Shown: positions 1-10,551, numbered from the stretch's first letter. The stretch: DNA of 64,000 nucleotides from Polyangiaceae bacterium (GCA_044376115.1 JBILLK010000018.1:151338-215337), one strand, 5' to 3'. Program-made: numbers and translations. Notes: generated from the letters alone by a model not told the origin.

Positions 1-392
1 CAAAGGCCGGCGGGACCTGCTTCGCATTTCCTGATGTATGCCTCGTGCCAACGTCGGGTGGCCCACCGGTCCCAACTCCCTTCCCGAACACCGCGATGTG
101 CCAGCTAGCAGACGGCTCCGTATCGGAGGTGCTGATCGAGAACGCACCTGTGTTGGTCGAGACCTCGGTGATCCCGACGAGCAGCGGTGATGAGCCGGGA
201 ACGGCGGGTGGAGTCATGTCCGGCACGTTCCGCGGCTGTGTGAAATACCGGACCGCGAGCGGGAAGGTCTACGCGAAGGGCAAGCGTGTCGTGCTGCTCG
301 GTGCCGTCACTGCACACAACGGTGACAACGCGAACATGCCGGCCGGACAACAGGTCGCGCCTTCACAGACGCGCGTCCTGGCCTCGTCGTAA
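1..392 (+). CDS. DUF4150 / PAAR-like T6SS spike-tip protein (5' truncated by window edge)
   Basis: Frame is open from base 3: KAGGTCFAFPDVCLVPTSGGPPVPTPFPN...GDEPGTAGGVMSG...V.AKG. The FPDVC..P..P.P.PN and GDE.G..GG motifs are typical of DUF4150. Confidence 0.85.
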   Translation, partial: KAGGTCFAFPDVCLVPTSGGPPVPTPFPNTAMCQLADGSVSEVLIENAPVLVETSVIPTSSGDEPGTAGGVMSGTFRGCVKYRTASGKVYAKGKRVVLLGAVTAHNGDNANMPAGQQVAPSQTRVLASS

Positions 393-397
393 TCGGC

Positions 398-1474
398 TCA
401 GTGCAGGTCGCTGGGTTCGCGTGGGGTCACATCCAGTGCGCCAAGCCAAGGAAGCTCTACCCTCGGCCAGCACCGGAGCCTCTTGCGACAGTCTGCATCG
501 GCGGCACAGACGCTCTTGAGTTCCGTCTCAGTCGGCAATCGCGGCACCGTACCGCCCGGATCGCACACGAGCGCATTGAAGGAGTCGCGTTTCCATTTGC
601 CGCAGAACGCGCTCTGGCTGCGCGCACCAAACATGCACGACTCTCCCGCTTTGCAATCGCCCTGGCGCGTGCACCCAAACGCCGGAGCCCTGAAAGACAA
701 CACGAGCTCGGACGTCTCGGCCTCGCAGGTTGGTGGCTCGTTCGACTTCCGCGCCATGACGCATACTGGTTTCTCCTGCGGACAGCGTTCCTTGTTGGCG
801 CAGGTAGCTCGGCTCGCGGGTGCTCTGCATACCCCCTCGATTCCGTTCTCGTCGTTCAGCAGGTCGACGCTTCGCGATCGATCACAGGTTGTTCCTCGAG
901 GGCAGGGAGCCCCGCCCTCCTGACAAACCTCCATCCTGCAGAACTCGTGGGCACGAGGCATGCACAGGTGCGTAGAAGCAGGCTGAAAGGTATTTAGGCA
1001 GCAGGCCTCCGACGCTGCGCAGTCACTAGCGTCGTCACAGTTCGCCAAATAGGGACCAGCTTGCCCCCCCTTCTCTTGGCGGACGCAAGACCATTGCCTG
1101 TTGTCGACGTCCCAATCGCAGTCATGAGTGGAGGCGTCGCAACGGGCCGTGCCGCAGGAAATGGTCCCCTTGGTTGATCCCGGAGCGCCTGTTCGTGGAC
1201 CTGTCGGGTCCCGCGGGTCCCGCGCCACCGGCGGCTTGAAAATCGCTGGGCTCTCCGAGGATTGGGCCGGCGGGGACACGTCGGCGATAGGAAGTGGGGC
1301 CTCAACCTCCGGTTGGGTCACGCTCTGCGAAAGCCGGAGCCGTTCCTCGCCCACCATGGGTGAACATGCCGCTCCGAGGAGCACAACGAGCGCTGCACAC
1401 CTCTCCGGAACGTACGTGCACGATGGTCGGCTGACCTTTTGAAGAACCAAGTTCAGCAACATTGGAGTCGTCAC
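398..1474 (-). CDS. Cys-rich lipoprotein, unknown function
   Basis: Hydrophobic N-terminus with LLGAAC lipobox and many Cys repeats. ATGA overlap with the upstream gene. Confidence 0.7.
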   Translation of the reverse strand: MTTPMLLNLVLQKVSRPSCTYVPERCAALVVLLGAACSPMVGEERLRLSQSVTQPEVEAPLPIADVSPPAQSSESPAIFKPPVARDPRDPTGPRTGAPGSTKGTISCGTARCDASTHDCDWDVDNRQWSCVRQEKGGQAGPYLANCDDASDCAASEACCLNTFQPASTHLCMPRAHEFCRMEVCQEGGAPCPRGTTCDRSRSVDLLNDENGIEGVCRAPASRATCANKERCPQEKPVCVMARKSNEPPTCEAETSELVLSFRAPAFGCTRQGDCKAGESCMFGARSQSAFCGKWKRDSFNALVCDPGGTVPRLPTETELKSVCAADADCRKRLRCWPRVELPWLGALDVTPREPSDLH

Positions 1475-2448
1475 GGCTTAGCCTTGGTTTTTTTCGGGCT
1501 CGCAGGCTTGGGCTCTGGCTTCCACAGAGGGTCTGCCTTGCAGGCTGCGTGCGTGCGATAGAGAGCGATGCCCAGTAGAGAGTCGGGGACGGGCACCCTA
1601 CCGTTGGGGAAATGCTCAGCGAAGCGCTTGATACGCTCAAGCTCGGAGTTCTCGTGCTTGGGACATGGGAGCTCACAGTACGTCACCTCGTAGGGTTCGC
1701 CCCTCACGGGTGCCTTAGGTGACCGGAGTTCGACACCAACCTCCTCGCACAGGTTGCAAACCTGGGAGCCGCCATCAGCGCAAGACACTCGAACCTTCGG
1801 ACCACACCAGGGGTCGATCCTCACATCTGTGTATCGAAAGTGCGCGGTGTCTCCTACGACCGGGCCAACGTCTGCACCGAGGTCGTGGCCAGTAGTGGCG
1901 AAAGAATCGACTTCCTCCCAGGTACCATCCGCCCTCTTTCGCTGGGTACCGCCAGAATAGTTAAAGTCGACACCATCAAGTTTTGCGCCCGCCTTCGAGA
2001 AGCGACGCAGGATCTGTCCCTTCTCGAACCGCGCTGGTTCTGGGACGAGCATGGTGATGTAGTCGTCGCTCGCGCGCACGGCGGTGGCAACTGCACAACG
2101 CACACTGTGGGGTTCTAGGTCGACGCTAATGAACAGCTTCACCTCCTGGCCCTTCGGCACCCACTCGAGCAAGGGGGCAAAATCTACTTCGGGTGTGAAG
2201 TCCCGCAGTTCAGGGAAGCGTGCTCGTGCCCACTCAAGCTCGCGTGCCCAAAACTCAGGGCCGGGCTCCGCGGGCTCGGCAACAACCAGCGCGGGAGTTG
2301 GCACGACCGCGGTCGCGAGGGTGTTCGAGTCAGCCATGGCGCTCACGGTGGCGTGTGCGGCTGGCGCTGGGCTCCTGGCGTTAGTTGATGGATCCATGCA
2401 GCCATGTGCCAGGAGAGAAAAACCAACGACGACAATTCGGCGGCTCAT
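1471..2448 (-). CDS. Lipoprotein, unknown function
   Basis: MSRRIVVVGFSLLAHGC signal peptide and lipobox; 325-aa ORF. Confidence 0.7.
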   Translation of the reverse strand: MSRRIVVVGFSLLAHGCMDPSTNARSPAPAAHATVSAMADSNTLATAVVPTPALVVAEPAEPGPEFWARELEWARARFPELRDFTPEVDFAPLLEWVPKGQEVKLFISVDLEPHSVRCAVATAVRASDDYITMLVPEPARFEKGQILRRFSKAGAKLDGVDFNYSGGTQRKRADGTWEEVDSFATTGHDLGADVGPVVGDTAHFRYTDVRIDPWCGPKVRVSCADGGSQVCNLCEEVGVELRSPKAPVRGEPYEVTYCELPCPKHENSELERIKRFAEHFPNGRVPVPDSLLGIALYRTHAACKADPLWKPEPKPASPKKTKAKP

Positions 2449-2864
2449 GGCTTCACTGTGATCGTCACCATGCAGCGCACCCGCTCGCGATTTTTCTCAG
2501 GCTCAACATCGCGCCGACAGGAGAACAACGCTCGCGTACACCGTCAAGCCGTTGAGCGTGACGCAGAGGTGGCATCAACGATCACCTAAAGATTGCTGTT
2601 TCATCCTGAGCGTTAGTAGCGAGCTCGGACGTACCGAGTTGGCCATAGCGGCGGCCCCCCGGCTACGCGGCACTGGTGCGCTTGGAGGGCGCGAAACCGA
2701 GCATACGGTTTTATGTTCCGCTGCACCAACCCCCGAAGGACCTACGCCACGGTAAAGCCGCTTTCGCTCTGGCAATCCGTATGCCCATTAGGCCGAACTA
2801 CTCGCCACAAAATTCAGCTACAAACAGCAGCAGGCGCAGTTTCCCAACTGGGGACGGACAATCG

Positions 2865-5063
2865 ATGACCCTTTTGATCTACATCGTCAAGTCGGGGGAC
2901 TGGCTTGCCAAGATCGCTGAAGACCACGGCACAACGGTCGAAGCGATCTGGAACCACCCAGGGAACGCGGCGCATCGCGCAAAACGCGGCTCCCCCGACG
3001 TACTATACCCGGGGGACGCGCTGCAGATCGATGGTGCCCAGTACGTCGCGCCGCCGGCCCCAGTGCCACCTTCACCCTTAGAGACTGCTGGGTCTTCGCC
3101 CGGCTCGCAAGAGCCGGCCCCATGGCCCTATCCGCAGTACGAGGGGCCGTTTTCCACCAAGCCTACATGGGAGTGTCCGGGCGGGACGTGCGAGTGTCAC
3201 CCCGTGCCCGAAGACGAGCCGAAGGACGAGCATGTCATCGTCTTCTACGACAAGCACGGCGTACGCATGCCGGGCGCGCGTTGTCGCGTCTATGAGCAAG
3301 GTCTCCTGCTCACCCCCGATCCGACTAGCGCAGACGGGAACGGTGAACTGCGCGTCGAACTCAAGTCCACAACCTCAACGTTACGGGTCGAGTGGGCTCC
3401 GCCAAACCTGCCGCTTCACCAGTTCCTGCCCTACAGAAACGCGTACCACGTCAAGATGAGCGACGACGGCGACCTTGCCCTCGATCGGCGTCTCGCGAAC
3501 CTTGGCTTCTTTAAAGGCAGGCGACGGCGAGATAACGTCGCCGACTACCAGCGAGCGTACACGCGGCCACCGACAGGCAACCCTGACGACATCCGCCTCG
3601 AAGTGCTCGAACGACACGACAACGGGACTGTCGAGCCGTTCCATCCGCAGGCGCCAGGCGGGCCGTCCGAGCAGACACGGTCGCTTTTCGCGGCGCCTAA
3701 ACCTCGGTCGGGCTCTGCCTTGCGCCTGGCACGTGACGAGCAGTTGGGGGCTGGTGGTGGCGGGCAGGCGACTCCCTCAGCGCAGAACGCAAAGGGCTCC
3801 GTCGTCCCTGCCGTCGCCGATGTGGTCGTGCTCGTCATGCTCTCACCCGACTTCGGGCTGATCGACCCTAAGAAAACGACGGTTCAGCTGCGGCCGCGGA
3901 GCGTTCCGGGAATGGACCAGAAGGAGAGCGAAACCAACATCGAACCCACCGTCATACCGAGCGGGCCCTCATCACCGTTGAGCTACGAGTTCAAGGACAT
4001 ACGGGTTGGGATCTACGATGCGATTGTCGGCATCGAGGGTGTCAAGCGGCCCGGAGGCCGGACCACCTACGCCCTGGGAACGAAGGAGCTGGAGGTGCGT
4101 CAGTCGTGGCCCAGCCCAGGCTTGCTGGTAACCGCGGTGGTTGGGAAACCTATTCTGAGTGTCAGCGACCCGCGGTTGGCTCTGGATATGGAACCCATGC
4201 GGCGCCGCCGAAAAGTGCTCGCGACTGTCTTCTCGACATTTCCGCAGTGGGCGGGCGGCGCAGATGCGGCGCGGCTCGCCAATCACGCCCCGCCCTACGA
4301 CCAGGGAGCGTACAAGGACATGATTGCCGATGCATCGCAGAACACGTGCTCGGCGATCAATGCGATTACCAACAACATTGCCAGTGCGAAAAAAAACAAG
4401 ATTGATCCGGCGAAGCCCGAGCAAGGCCCCGTACCGGACGGAAACGGAGGTCACTTTGGGTACAAGATGAAGCTGCATCCAGCTTACGTGACCTACGCGG
4501 AGGGCCTTCTACCAAGCGTAGGGGACTCCGTTTGCTTCCGGGAAGATGACGGACTGATTCACCATTGCGGCCTGTTTCTCGGGCTTGTTGAGGTGCAAGA
4601 CCCGAGCTGGATCAAAGCGCACTGGGATGCCCAGCCCCTACCATCTCCACAGAAGGTGTGGATCAGTGCGGACGGGGGCCAACGCACGCCCACTCAGCCC
4701 TTCCAGGACGATCCGGAATGGGGCTGGTCCCGACGTTTCAACAATCTCTCGAACGAAGAGGCAGCCTTCATCCTTCCACGCATCTTCACCACACCGGACG
4801 GTCGAGCTGAGGTTCAGAACTGCTACGCCTTTCCGACGACCGTGAGCGACCGACGCATCGTCGACGGTTGGCTCGATGTGTCCGACCCACTGGTTCCCTT
4901 CCCGAAGCCCGATTACGGCAAGGAACGAGATGAACTCACATACGGAACCGAGAAAGACTACAACAGCATTAAAGCTTATCTCCTGAAATTTCCCGCCTTG
5001 GTAGAAGCCGATCGGCGCGCCTGTTTCGAGATTCAACACGGGGTACCCCCGTACTCCATCTAA
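2865..5063 (+). CDS. LysM-domain T6SS effector candidate 1 with C-terminal NlpC/P60-like (Cys-His) amidase domain
   Basis: Start reassigned to ATG 2865 (MTLLIYIVKSGDWLAKIAEDHG, LysM), matching paralogs. PG-binding-like LDRRLANLGF..NVADYQ. C-terminus has NTC...PSVGD...HHCGL...ADGGQ. No signal peptide. Confidence 0.75.
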   Translation: MTLLIYIVKSGDWLAKIAEDHGTTVEAIWNHPGNAAHRAKRGSPDVLYPGDALQIDGAQYVAPPAPVPPSPLETAGSSPGSQEPAPWPYPQYEGPFSTKPTWECPGGTCECHPVPEDEPKDEHVIVFYDKHGVRMPGARCRVYEQGLLLTPDPTSADGNGELRVELKSTTSTLRVEWAPPNLPLHQFLPYRNAYHVKMSDDGDLALDRRLANLGFFKGRRRRDNVADYQRAYTRPPTGNPDDIRLEVLERHDNGTVEPFHPQAPGGPSEQTRSLFAAPKPRSGSALRLARDEQLGAGGGGQATPSAQNAKGSVVPAVADVVVLVMLSPDFGLIDPKKTTVQLRPRSVPGMDQKESETNIEPTVIPSGPSSPLSYEFKDIRVGIYDAIVGIEGVKRPGGRTTYALGTKELEVRQSWPSPGLLVTAVVGKPILSVSDPRLALDMEPMRRRRKVLATVFSTFPQWAGGADAARLANHAPPYDQGAYKDMIADASQNTCSAINAITNNIASAKKNKIDPAKPEQGPVPDGNGGHFGYKMKLHPAYVTYAEGLLPSVGDSVCFREDDGLIHHCGLFLGLVEVQDPSWIKAHWDAQPLPSPQKVWISADGGQRTPTQPFQDDPEWGWSRRFNNLSNEEAAFILPRIFTTPDGRAEVQNCYAFPTTVSDRRIVDGWLDVSDPLVPFPKPDYGKERDELTYGTEKDYNSIKAYLLKFPALVEADRRACFEIQHGVPPYSI

Positions 5064-6478
5064 TGCGTATTACCTCGTATCTCCTCGCCGCCGCCCTAGC
5101 GCATTCTGGATGTACGGCAGCGCAATCGGTGCCGGAGGACATCGCCATCGTGCCCAGCGCCAGGACGCCGTCGGCGGCTCAATCGTCGCCGAAGCCGCAG
5201 CTCGCCGCCGGAGAAGGCCGCTGCAGTCTCGAGTTGGCCGAACTCTCCGAAGCCGAGCGCACGCCGAGTCCGGTGTATCTGGTTTACAACGAGGAGCTGT
5301 TCCGGGTCGATGCGTTGGGGACCCGACGAATCGACGGGCCGTTAGCGCCGCCGGGGTCCATTGGCCGCTTCGCCGGGCCACGCGGGACGCTCTGGGTACG
5401 ACGCGGTGACGGCGTCTTTGTTGTCGGACCGACGGACCGAACGCTGCGACGCGTAGCCCCCCCGCCTCCCTGGAACAGCTGGCTCGTCGCGCGCGGCATG
5501 TCGGACATCTGGGCCATTCGCCTCGAGGCGATAGCCCACTACGACGGTGCAACATGGTCCACGTGGTCGACCGAGCAACTCTTCGGTGCGGTCCCCCGCA
5601 ACATCGAGACAACGCAAGACGCCGTTTTTGCTGTGGTCGACGGTAGAGTCTTGAAGGCAGACATTGCTGGCGGGGTCCCGGTGCGGATTGCCATTCACCA
5701 GCCGGCGTTATCATTTGACACCCTCCTCTCGTCCGGGCGCCAGGTCGTGGTCGCACAGACGGGTCTAAGCCAGAGTCACTTCGAGCACTGTTTACTCGCG
5801 GACTTCTGGCGTTGCGCCCCCGGCGTGAGACGGATTGCTATTGTTGGCCCTTCGGGGATGGTGGAGTGGCAGGACGGTGCGCTCAGCGCGGCCGCTGACC
5901 CCACCTGCATCATCAAGCTCGAGGCCCCTATTGATGACGGTGAATGGCAGCCCGCTTTTAGCAACAGCGCCAGAATCGACGGCAACAACAGGCTCTGGGT
6001 GCCGGTGGTGAACGGCTTTCGAGTCTTCGACAAACAAGGAGCCGTCGTGGCCGAGTATCGCGCTGGCATGCTTGAGGGGATCGACGGCCCGGTAACCAAC
6101 ATGATCGTCCCAGGTGGTGGCCCCAAGGGGCTCCCACCGCCGAAGAAGCGCCGAATGATCGATGTCGCCGGCAGCCTAAGCCTCCACCGCAGCTCCCAAG
6201 CGCTCGGCGGCGCCACTCTCACCCTCCATATCGGGGCCGGCGTGAAGCGCACGGCAACAAGCGATACGAGCGGCGCATTCATCCTGAGCGACGTGCCAGA
6301 GGGCGACTACGAAGTGACCGTGACACCACGACCAGGTGACCCCGCGTGCCGGGACGCAGAAACTGGTTTTCAGTTTCGCACCGCGCACGATTGCGCGGCG
6401 AGCAAGGTCGGCTCGGGCGCATGCGACCTTGGGTCGCTATCGCAGTGCAAGCCGAAGTTCCGGGCACCGCGCTTTTAG
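5063..6478 (+). CDS. Lipoprotein, putative immunity protein (beta-rich, C-terminal carboxypeptidase-regulatory-like domain)
   Basis: ALAHSGC lipobox, TAATG coupling to the effector gene, and a TSDTSGAFILSDVPEGDYEVTV motif. Confidence 0.65.
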   Translation: MRITSYLLAAALAHSGCTAAQSVPEDIAIVPSARTPSAAQSSPKPQLAAGEGRCSLELAELSEAERTPSPVYLVYNEELFRVDALGTRRIDGPLAPPGSIGRFAGPRGTLWVRRGDGVFVVGPTDRTLRRVAPPPPWNSWLVARGMSDIWAIRLEAIAHYDGATWSTWSTEQLFGAVPRNIETTQDAVFAVVDGRVLKADIAGGVPVRIAIHQPALSFDTLLSSGRQVVVAQTGLSQSHFEHCLLADFWRCAPGVRRIAIVGPSGMVEWQDGALSAAADPTCIIKLEAPIDDGEWQPAFSNSARIDGNNRLWVPVVNGFRVFDKQGAVVAEYRAGMLEGIDGPVTNMIVPGGGPKGLPPPKKRRMIDVAGSLSLHRSSQALGGATLTLHIGAGVKRTATSDTSGAFILSDVPEGDYEVTVTPRPGDPACRDAETGFQFRTAHDCAASKVGSGACDLGSLSQCKPKFRAPRF

Positions 6479-6556
6479 ACTCGCTTCAGTCGTCGCAGCG
6501 TCCATCCGCTGCCACCCAGTTCCAACACGTGATACGCGTCGAGCAGAGAGGCACAC

Positions 6557-9166
6557 GTGGCATCGACGATCACCGAAGGAGTGCTGTTTCAATCCTCAGC
6601 GCTCGGGGACACGCAGTGGACGGTTCGCTCGCTCGAGGGGGAGGACGCGCTCAATCAAGAGTATCGCTTCCACGTGCACTTGGAGCTGGCGAAGGGCGAC
6701 CTTTCGAATGAGGACCTGGAGAGGATGCTCGAGGCGTCAGCCACGTTGTCGTTTGTCGAGGCTGGCCGCGAGCTCAACCGATTCTCCGGTGTCATCTCCG
6801 AACTCACGGCGCATCCAGACGTCGAGCGAACACGGACGGATCTCCATCTCGAGTTGGTGCCACGGACCGCGCTTGCAGCGCACCGCCGCGGGAGCGAACT
6901 CTACCTCGAGAAGACGGTTCCCGAGGTCCTTGTCGATAAGCTCAAAGCCTTGGGCCTTTTGCCCGAGCGCGACTTCGCCCTACTGCTCCGAGCCGCCTAC
7001 CCGCGCCGCGAGTTCATCGCTCAGTACGAAGAGACCGACCTGGCGTTTCTTCGACGGCTCTGTGAAGCAGCCGGCATCACCACCAACTTCGAGGAACGCC
7101 AACAGGGCGAGGTCCTGGTGCTCAGTGATGGGAATACGCCGTTCGAGGAGGTCCTCCGCCCGCGGCTACGCGCGCGTCACCGCGCGGACCACCCGGCTGC
7201 GTATGACGTTCACACCACGCTTCGACGGGTGCCGCAGAGCGTGCAGATGCACGACTATAACTACCGCACTCCTCGTCTCGCACTCCAAGAGCGTGAGACG
7301 ACAAAGCAGGCGGGCTCGACTGGAGAGTGGACGGAGTTCGGCCATCATCCGAAGACCGTTCGCGAGACGCGCGAGCTCGCCGAAACGCGCACGCAGGAAA
7401 AGGCGGCGCGACATCATGTGATCAAGGGCTCGGCGACGGAGGCGTGCCTTCGATCGGGCCGCGTCGTCCATATCCTCGATGCCGTTGCCTCTGAGCAGTC
7501 CGTTCTCCTGACGCGCGTCGAGTACCGATTTCGCGCGAAGGAAGGCGCCAGTGAGCAACAGGGCTGGGAGAACCGGTTCGAGGGGATTCCGGCGAACGTT
7601 GTTTTTCGTCCGCAGCGCGTGACGCCAGTCCCACGGATTTCGGGTCTGCTGAACGCAGTCGTCGACGGCGCCATTCGAGGGGACTACGCCGAGCTCGACG
7701 AACTCGGACGTTACAGGCTTCGGTTTGCGCACGACCGATCGGGCCGAACGGACCTCGGAGCGACGCACCCGGTCCGAATGATGCAGCCTCACGCGGGAGC
7801 GAGCTACGGGATGCACTTCCCGTTACGCCCCGGGACGGAAGTGCTCGTTGGCTTCGTCAATGGCGACCCCGACCGGCCGGTCATCGTTGGGGCAGCACCC
7901 AACCCTGCCACGGTCAGCCCAGTAGCCGTCCGCAATCAAACGCAGAACGTGCTGCGCACTGGCTCCAACAACGAAATGGTCATTGAGGACCTCAAGGAGC
8001 ATGAGCGGATCCGCATCCACACGCCGCACGCTGCCACGACGCTCCAGCTTGGATCTCCTGAGGAGGCTGAAGAAGGCGTCTTGCTGACGACGGAGGCACA
8101 CGTCACGTCGATGTCTCGGCTTTCGAACAATACGGTAACGGACCGACACACGACGATCGCGCGCTCGGCAACGGCCACCCTCGGAGAGCGGATGGTCATG
8201 GTTGCAGGCCTGCGAGGTGTCGCAGCATCAGCTGACGGGGCGATCGAGCGGCCGGGTGCGGTGTCGCTCGACACGCTCGCGACGGATCTGCGGAGGATCA
8301 CCCGCGCGCCGACGCTGCCCGGAGCAACCCACGGGTCCGCAGAAACGACACCCTCGGATTCCCCCATCGTGCTGCCGATGGAGGCGCGACTTCAGAGTGA
8401 CACGGCTGCCCAAGTTGCCGAGCGGACCGAAGAGGCTGCGCTGGAGTTGGTGCGTGTGATGAGCCGCGCAGCCGACCACGGTCTCGACGCAGCCCAGGGC
8501 CGCCTGCAAGGCGAGCCTCTTGGTGAACCGACCGAGCCGGCAGCCATCATCGTGAGCGAGCGAACGGCCGCGCTCGTGGGACGCGAGAGCGCGCTCGTCT
8601 CTGGGGATCGCACAGCGACGCTATCGTCACCCAAGTCCGCCGCTGTCCTCGGTCAGGAGACTGCCGTGGTCAAGTCGGCGGGTGACGTCGAGATCGCAGG
8701 TGCGCGTAGCGTCCACCTGACGACCTCCGGGGAACTGGACATGGCCGCCCACACGGCCCGACTCGTTGCTGGCTATTACCCTGAGGCCGAAGCGCCGAAG
8801 CTCGATGAAGGTACCTCTCTCGGTGTCATGGCGCGAAAGGACCTGCGGGTTCACAGCGTGGAGGACTGCATCCTGCTTTGCGCGAACAAGAACCTCATTG
8901 GTAGCGCTCACGAAGCGGATGTCAGGTTCCACGCCAAGAAGACGATCCTCTTGCAAGGAGGAAGCATCCAAGGCTCAGCAGGCACCATCGCCTTCGACTC
9001 TTCGGGCGACGTCAAGGTGGCCGCTGGCGGGAGCGTAAAGGTCAACGCTGACGGAGAACTGACCATCGACGCGAGCAGCGTCACGATCACGGCGAGCACG
9101 ATCCGCCTCGTCGGCACGGTCTTGGTGGAAGGGGATCTGTTCTGCACGGGCAGCAGCAATCTGTAG
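6557..9166 (+). CDS. vgrG: Type VI secretion spike protein VgrG
   Basis: GEDALNQEYRF, QYEETDLAFLRRL, DYNYRTP, DELGRYR, GMHFPLRPGTEVLVGFVNGDPDRPVIVGA, followed by C-terminal beta-repeat segments. Confidence 0.93.
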   Translation: MASTITEGVLFQSSALGDTQWTVRSLEGEDALNQEYRFHVHLELAKGDLSNEDLERMLEASATLSFVEAGRELNRFSGVISELTAHPDVERTRTDLHLELVPRTALAAHRRGSELYLEKTVPEVLVDKLKALGLLPERDFALLLRAAYPRREFIAQYEETDLAFLRRLCEAAGITTNFEERQQGEVLVLSDGNTPFEEVLRPRLRARHRADHPAAYDVHTTLRRVPQSVQMHDYNYRTPRLALQERETTKQAGSTGEWTEFGHHPKTVRETRELAETRTQEKAARHHVIKGSATEACLRSGRVVHILDAVASEQSVLLTRVEYRFRAKEGASEQQGWENRFEGIPANVVFRPQRVTPVPRISGLLNAVVDGAIRGDYAELDELGRYRLRFAHDRSGRTDLGATHPVRMMQPHAGASYGMHFPLRPGTEVLVGFVNGDPDRPVIVGAAPNPATVSPVAVRNQTQNVLRTGSNNEMVIEDLKEHERIRIHTPHAATTLQLGSPEEAEEGVLLTTEAHVTSMSRLSNNTVTDRHTTIARSATATLGERMVMVAGLRGVAASADGAIERPGAVSLDTLATDLRRITRAPTLPGATHGSAETTPSDSPIVLPMEARLQSDTAAQVAERTEEAALELVRVMSRAADHGLDAAQGRLQGEPLGEPTEPAAIIVSERTAALVGRESALVSGDRTATLSSPKSAAVLGQETAVVKSAGDVEIAGARSVHLTTSGELDMAAHTARLVAGYYPEAEAPKLDEGTSLGVMARKDLRVHSVEDCILLCANKNLIGSAHEADVRFHAKKTILLQGGSIQGSAGTIAFDSSGDVKVAAGGSVKVNADGELTIDASSVTITASTIRLVGTVLVEGDLFCTGSSNL

Positions 9167-9171
9167 GAGCG

Positions 9172-10551
9172 ATGATGACGCCCAAGATATCAATTGAGCG
9201 ATTTGCAAGCCTGCGCGCTGGCATCGAGCGTTCGGGGGATCTCGAACGCGTGCTCGAGGGTGCGGGGCTACTCCGTAGCGAGTGGACAGCCGTTGAGCGG
9301 CACTGGCAGTCGGCGCTTGCACGTGAAGTCGCTGGCGGTGGCCGCGAGCTGTCCGAGCGCTATCTCGAGGCGTTCTTCGGCGCACAGCGTCCGGCTGAGC
9401 GGATGGACGAGCCTGAGGCTCGTGAAGGAAGCGCGCCGGCACAGCTCGCCGTGCCAACGTATCTTGCGGCGCGCCCCGCGGCGGTGGTTGGCCCCTCGGT
9501 CATGAGCGCGAGTCCGCCGCCCGCTCCGCGCCCCGCTCCCGCTCCGCCTCCCGCGGTGTTCGCATTCGCGGAGTCACCGAGGTCCGGAGTTGGAGGAGAA
9601 ACGTTCGTCGCTCCTGCTGCTGCCCCGATCTCGGCGCGGTCTCTGCCGTTCGCAGGGCGCCTCGCAGGGACCCCGCTGGGAAGCTCGGTAGCTCCACGGC
9701 TCGACACAGGAACGAAGGTGGTTGAGGGCGATGCGCAGGCCCAGGAGCCGGTGAGCGGACCGCAGGTCAGGCCGGGCCTGCCAGTCCTTAGCGTCGAGCA
9801 GTACGCTTGGGTAACAGCGACTCTTCGGAAGACCCATGCCTCCGACTTGGAGGCGGTGCTTACTCGGCTCCGTCTGACAGCAGCGACGCGTTCCGAGCTG
9901 CAAGGCGTGTGGAGCGCGCACATGGAGGCGCACCCACACGTGCGTGCCGCATTCATGCGCTTGCTCGCGCAACAGTTTGAGGGCCAGGCACCTGCGCCGC
10001 CGATCTCTGCGCCGCCGATCTCTGCGCGGCCCGCCTCCGCACCGCTTTCGGACGCGGAGGTGCTCGCTCGAATGAAGGCAGCGATGGGCAACCTAAACCC
10101 GGACGAGACGCAGATGGCGGCGCCGATTGCGATGCCCGGCCCCACACTTCCGTTCGCGACCGCTGCGGCATCGGTCGCCGTCAAACCTGCTACCGCTGTC
10201 TCACCGGCCGCACAGGTTCGACCCTCAGAGCAGGCGGGCTTCACGGTCGCTGGCTCCTCAGGCGCGAGACCCAGTATGCCGTTCGCACGAGCCGCCGCGC
10301 CCAACCCGAAGGACCTCCCGCCTGGGTGGACACTCGCTCGCTACGCCACGCTCTGCTTCGACCTTCACGCGAGCGGACTGCCGGAGGCGGAAGTGCTCGC
10401 TATGGCACAGCTGACGCAAACGCAACGTATGGCCCTCGATGCCTATTGGCAGAACCGCATGACCGAAGAACCCGCGCTGCGCGCTGAGTGGAAGGCCTTT
10501 GCTGACCGTCGCGAGGCGGAGCTGCGGCAGGCGCGAGGAGGTGGGCGATGA
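9172..10551 (+). CDS. Pro/Ala-rich protein with three copies of an uncharacterised helical motif; candidate T6SS adaptor
   Basis: Repeats ISIERFASL..W, LSVEQYAWV..W and WTLARYATL..W. The C-terminal ~100 aa are highly similar to the C-terminus of 55387..57297. Lies directly after vgrG. Confidence 0.7.
   Translation: MMTPKISIERFASLRAGIERSGDLERVLEGAGLLRSEWTAVERHWQSALAREVAGGGRELSERYLEAFFGAQRPAERMDEPEAREGSAPAQLAVPTYLAARPAAVVGPSVMSASPPPAPRPAPAPPPAVFAFAESPRSGVGGETFVAPAAAPISARSLPFAGRLAGTPLGSSVAPRLDTGTKVVEGDAQAQEPVSGPQVRPGLPVLSVEQYAWVTATLRKTHASDLEAVLTRLRLTAATRSELQGVWSAHMEAHPHVRAAFMRLLAQQFEGQAPAPPISAPPISARPASAPLSDAEVLARMKAAMGNLNPDETQMAAPIAMPGPTLPFATAAASVAVKPATAVSPAAQVRPSEQAGFTVAGSSGARPSMPFARAAAPNPKDLPPGWTLARYATLCFDLHASGLPEAEVLAMAQLTQTQRMALDAYWQNRMTEEPALRAEWKAFADRREAELRQARGGGR

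Noticed and set aside
2769..2785. Sigma-54-like promoter (CTGGCAATCCGTATGC) upstream of the first LysM gene
   Set aside because: GG-N10-GC spacing fits, but the match to consensus is weak and chance matches are common in GC-rich DNA.
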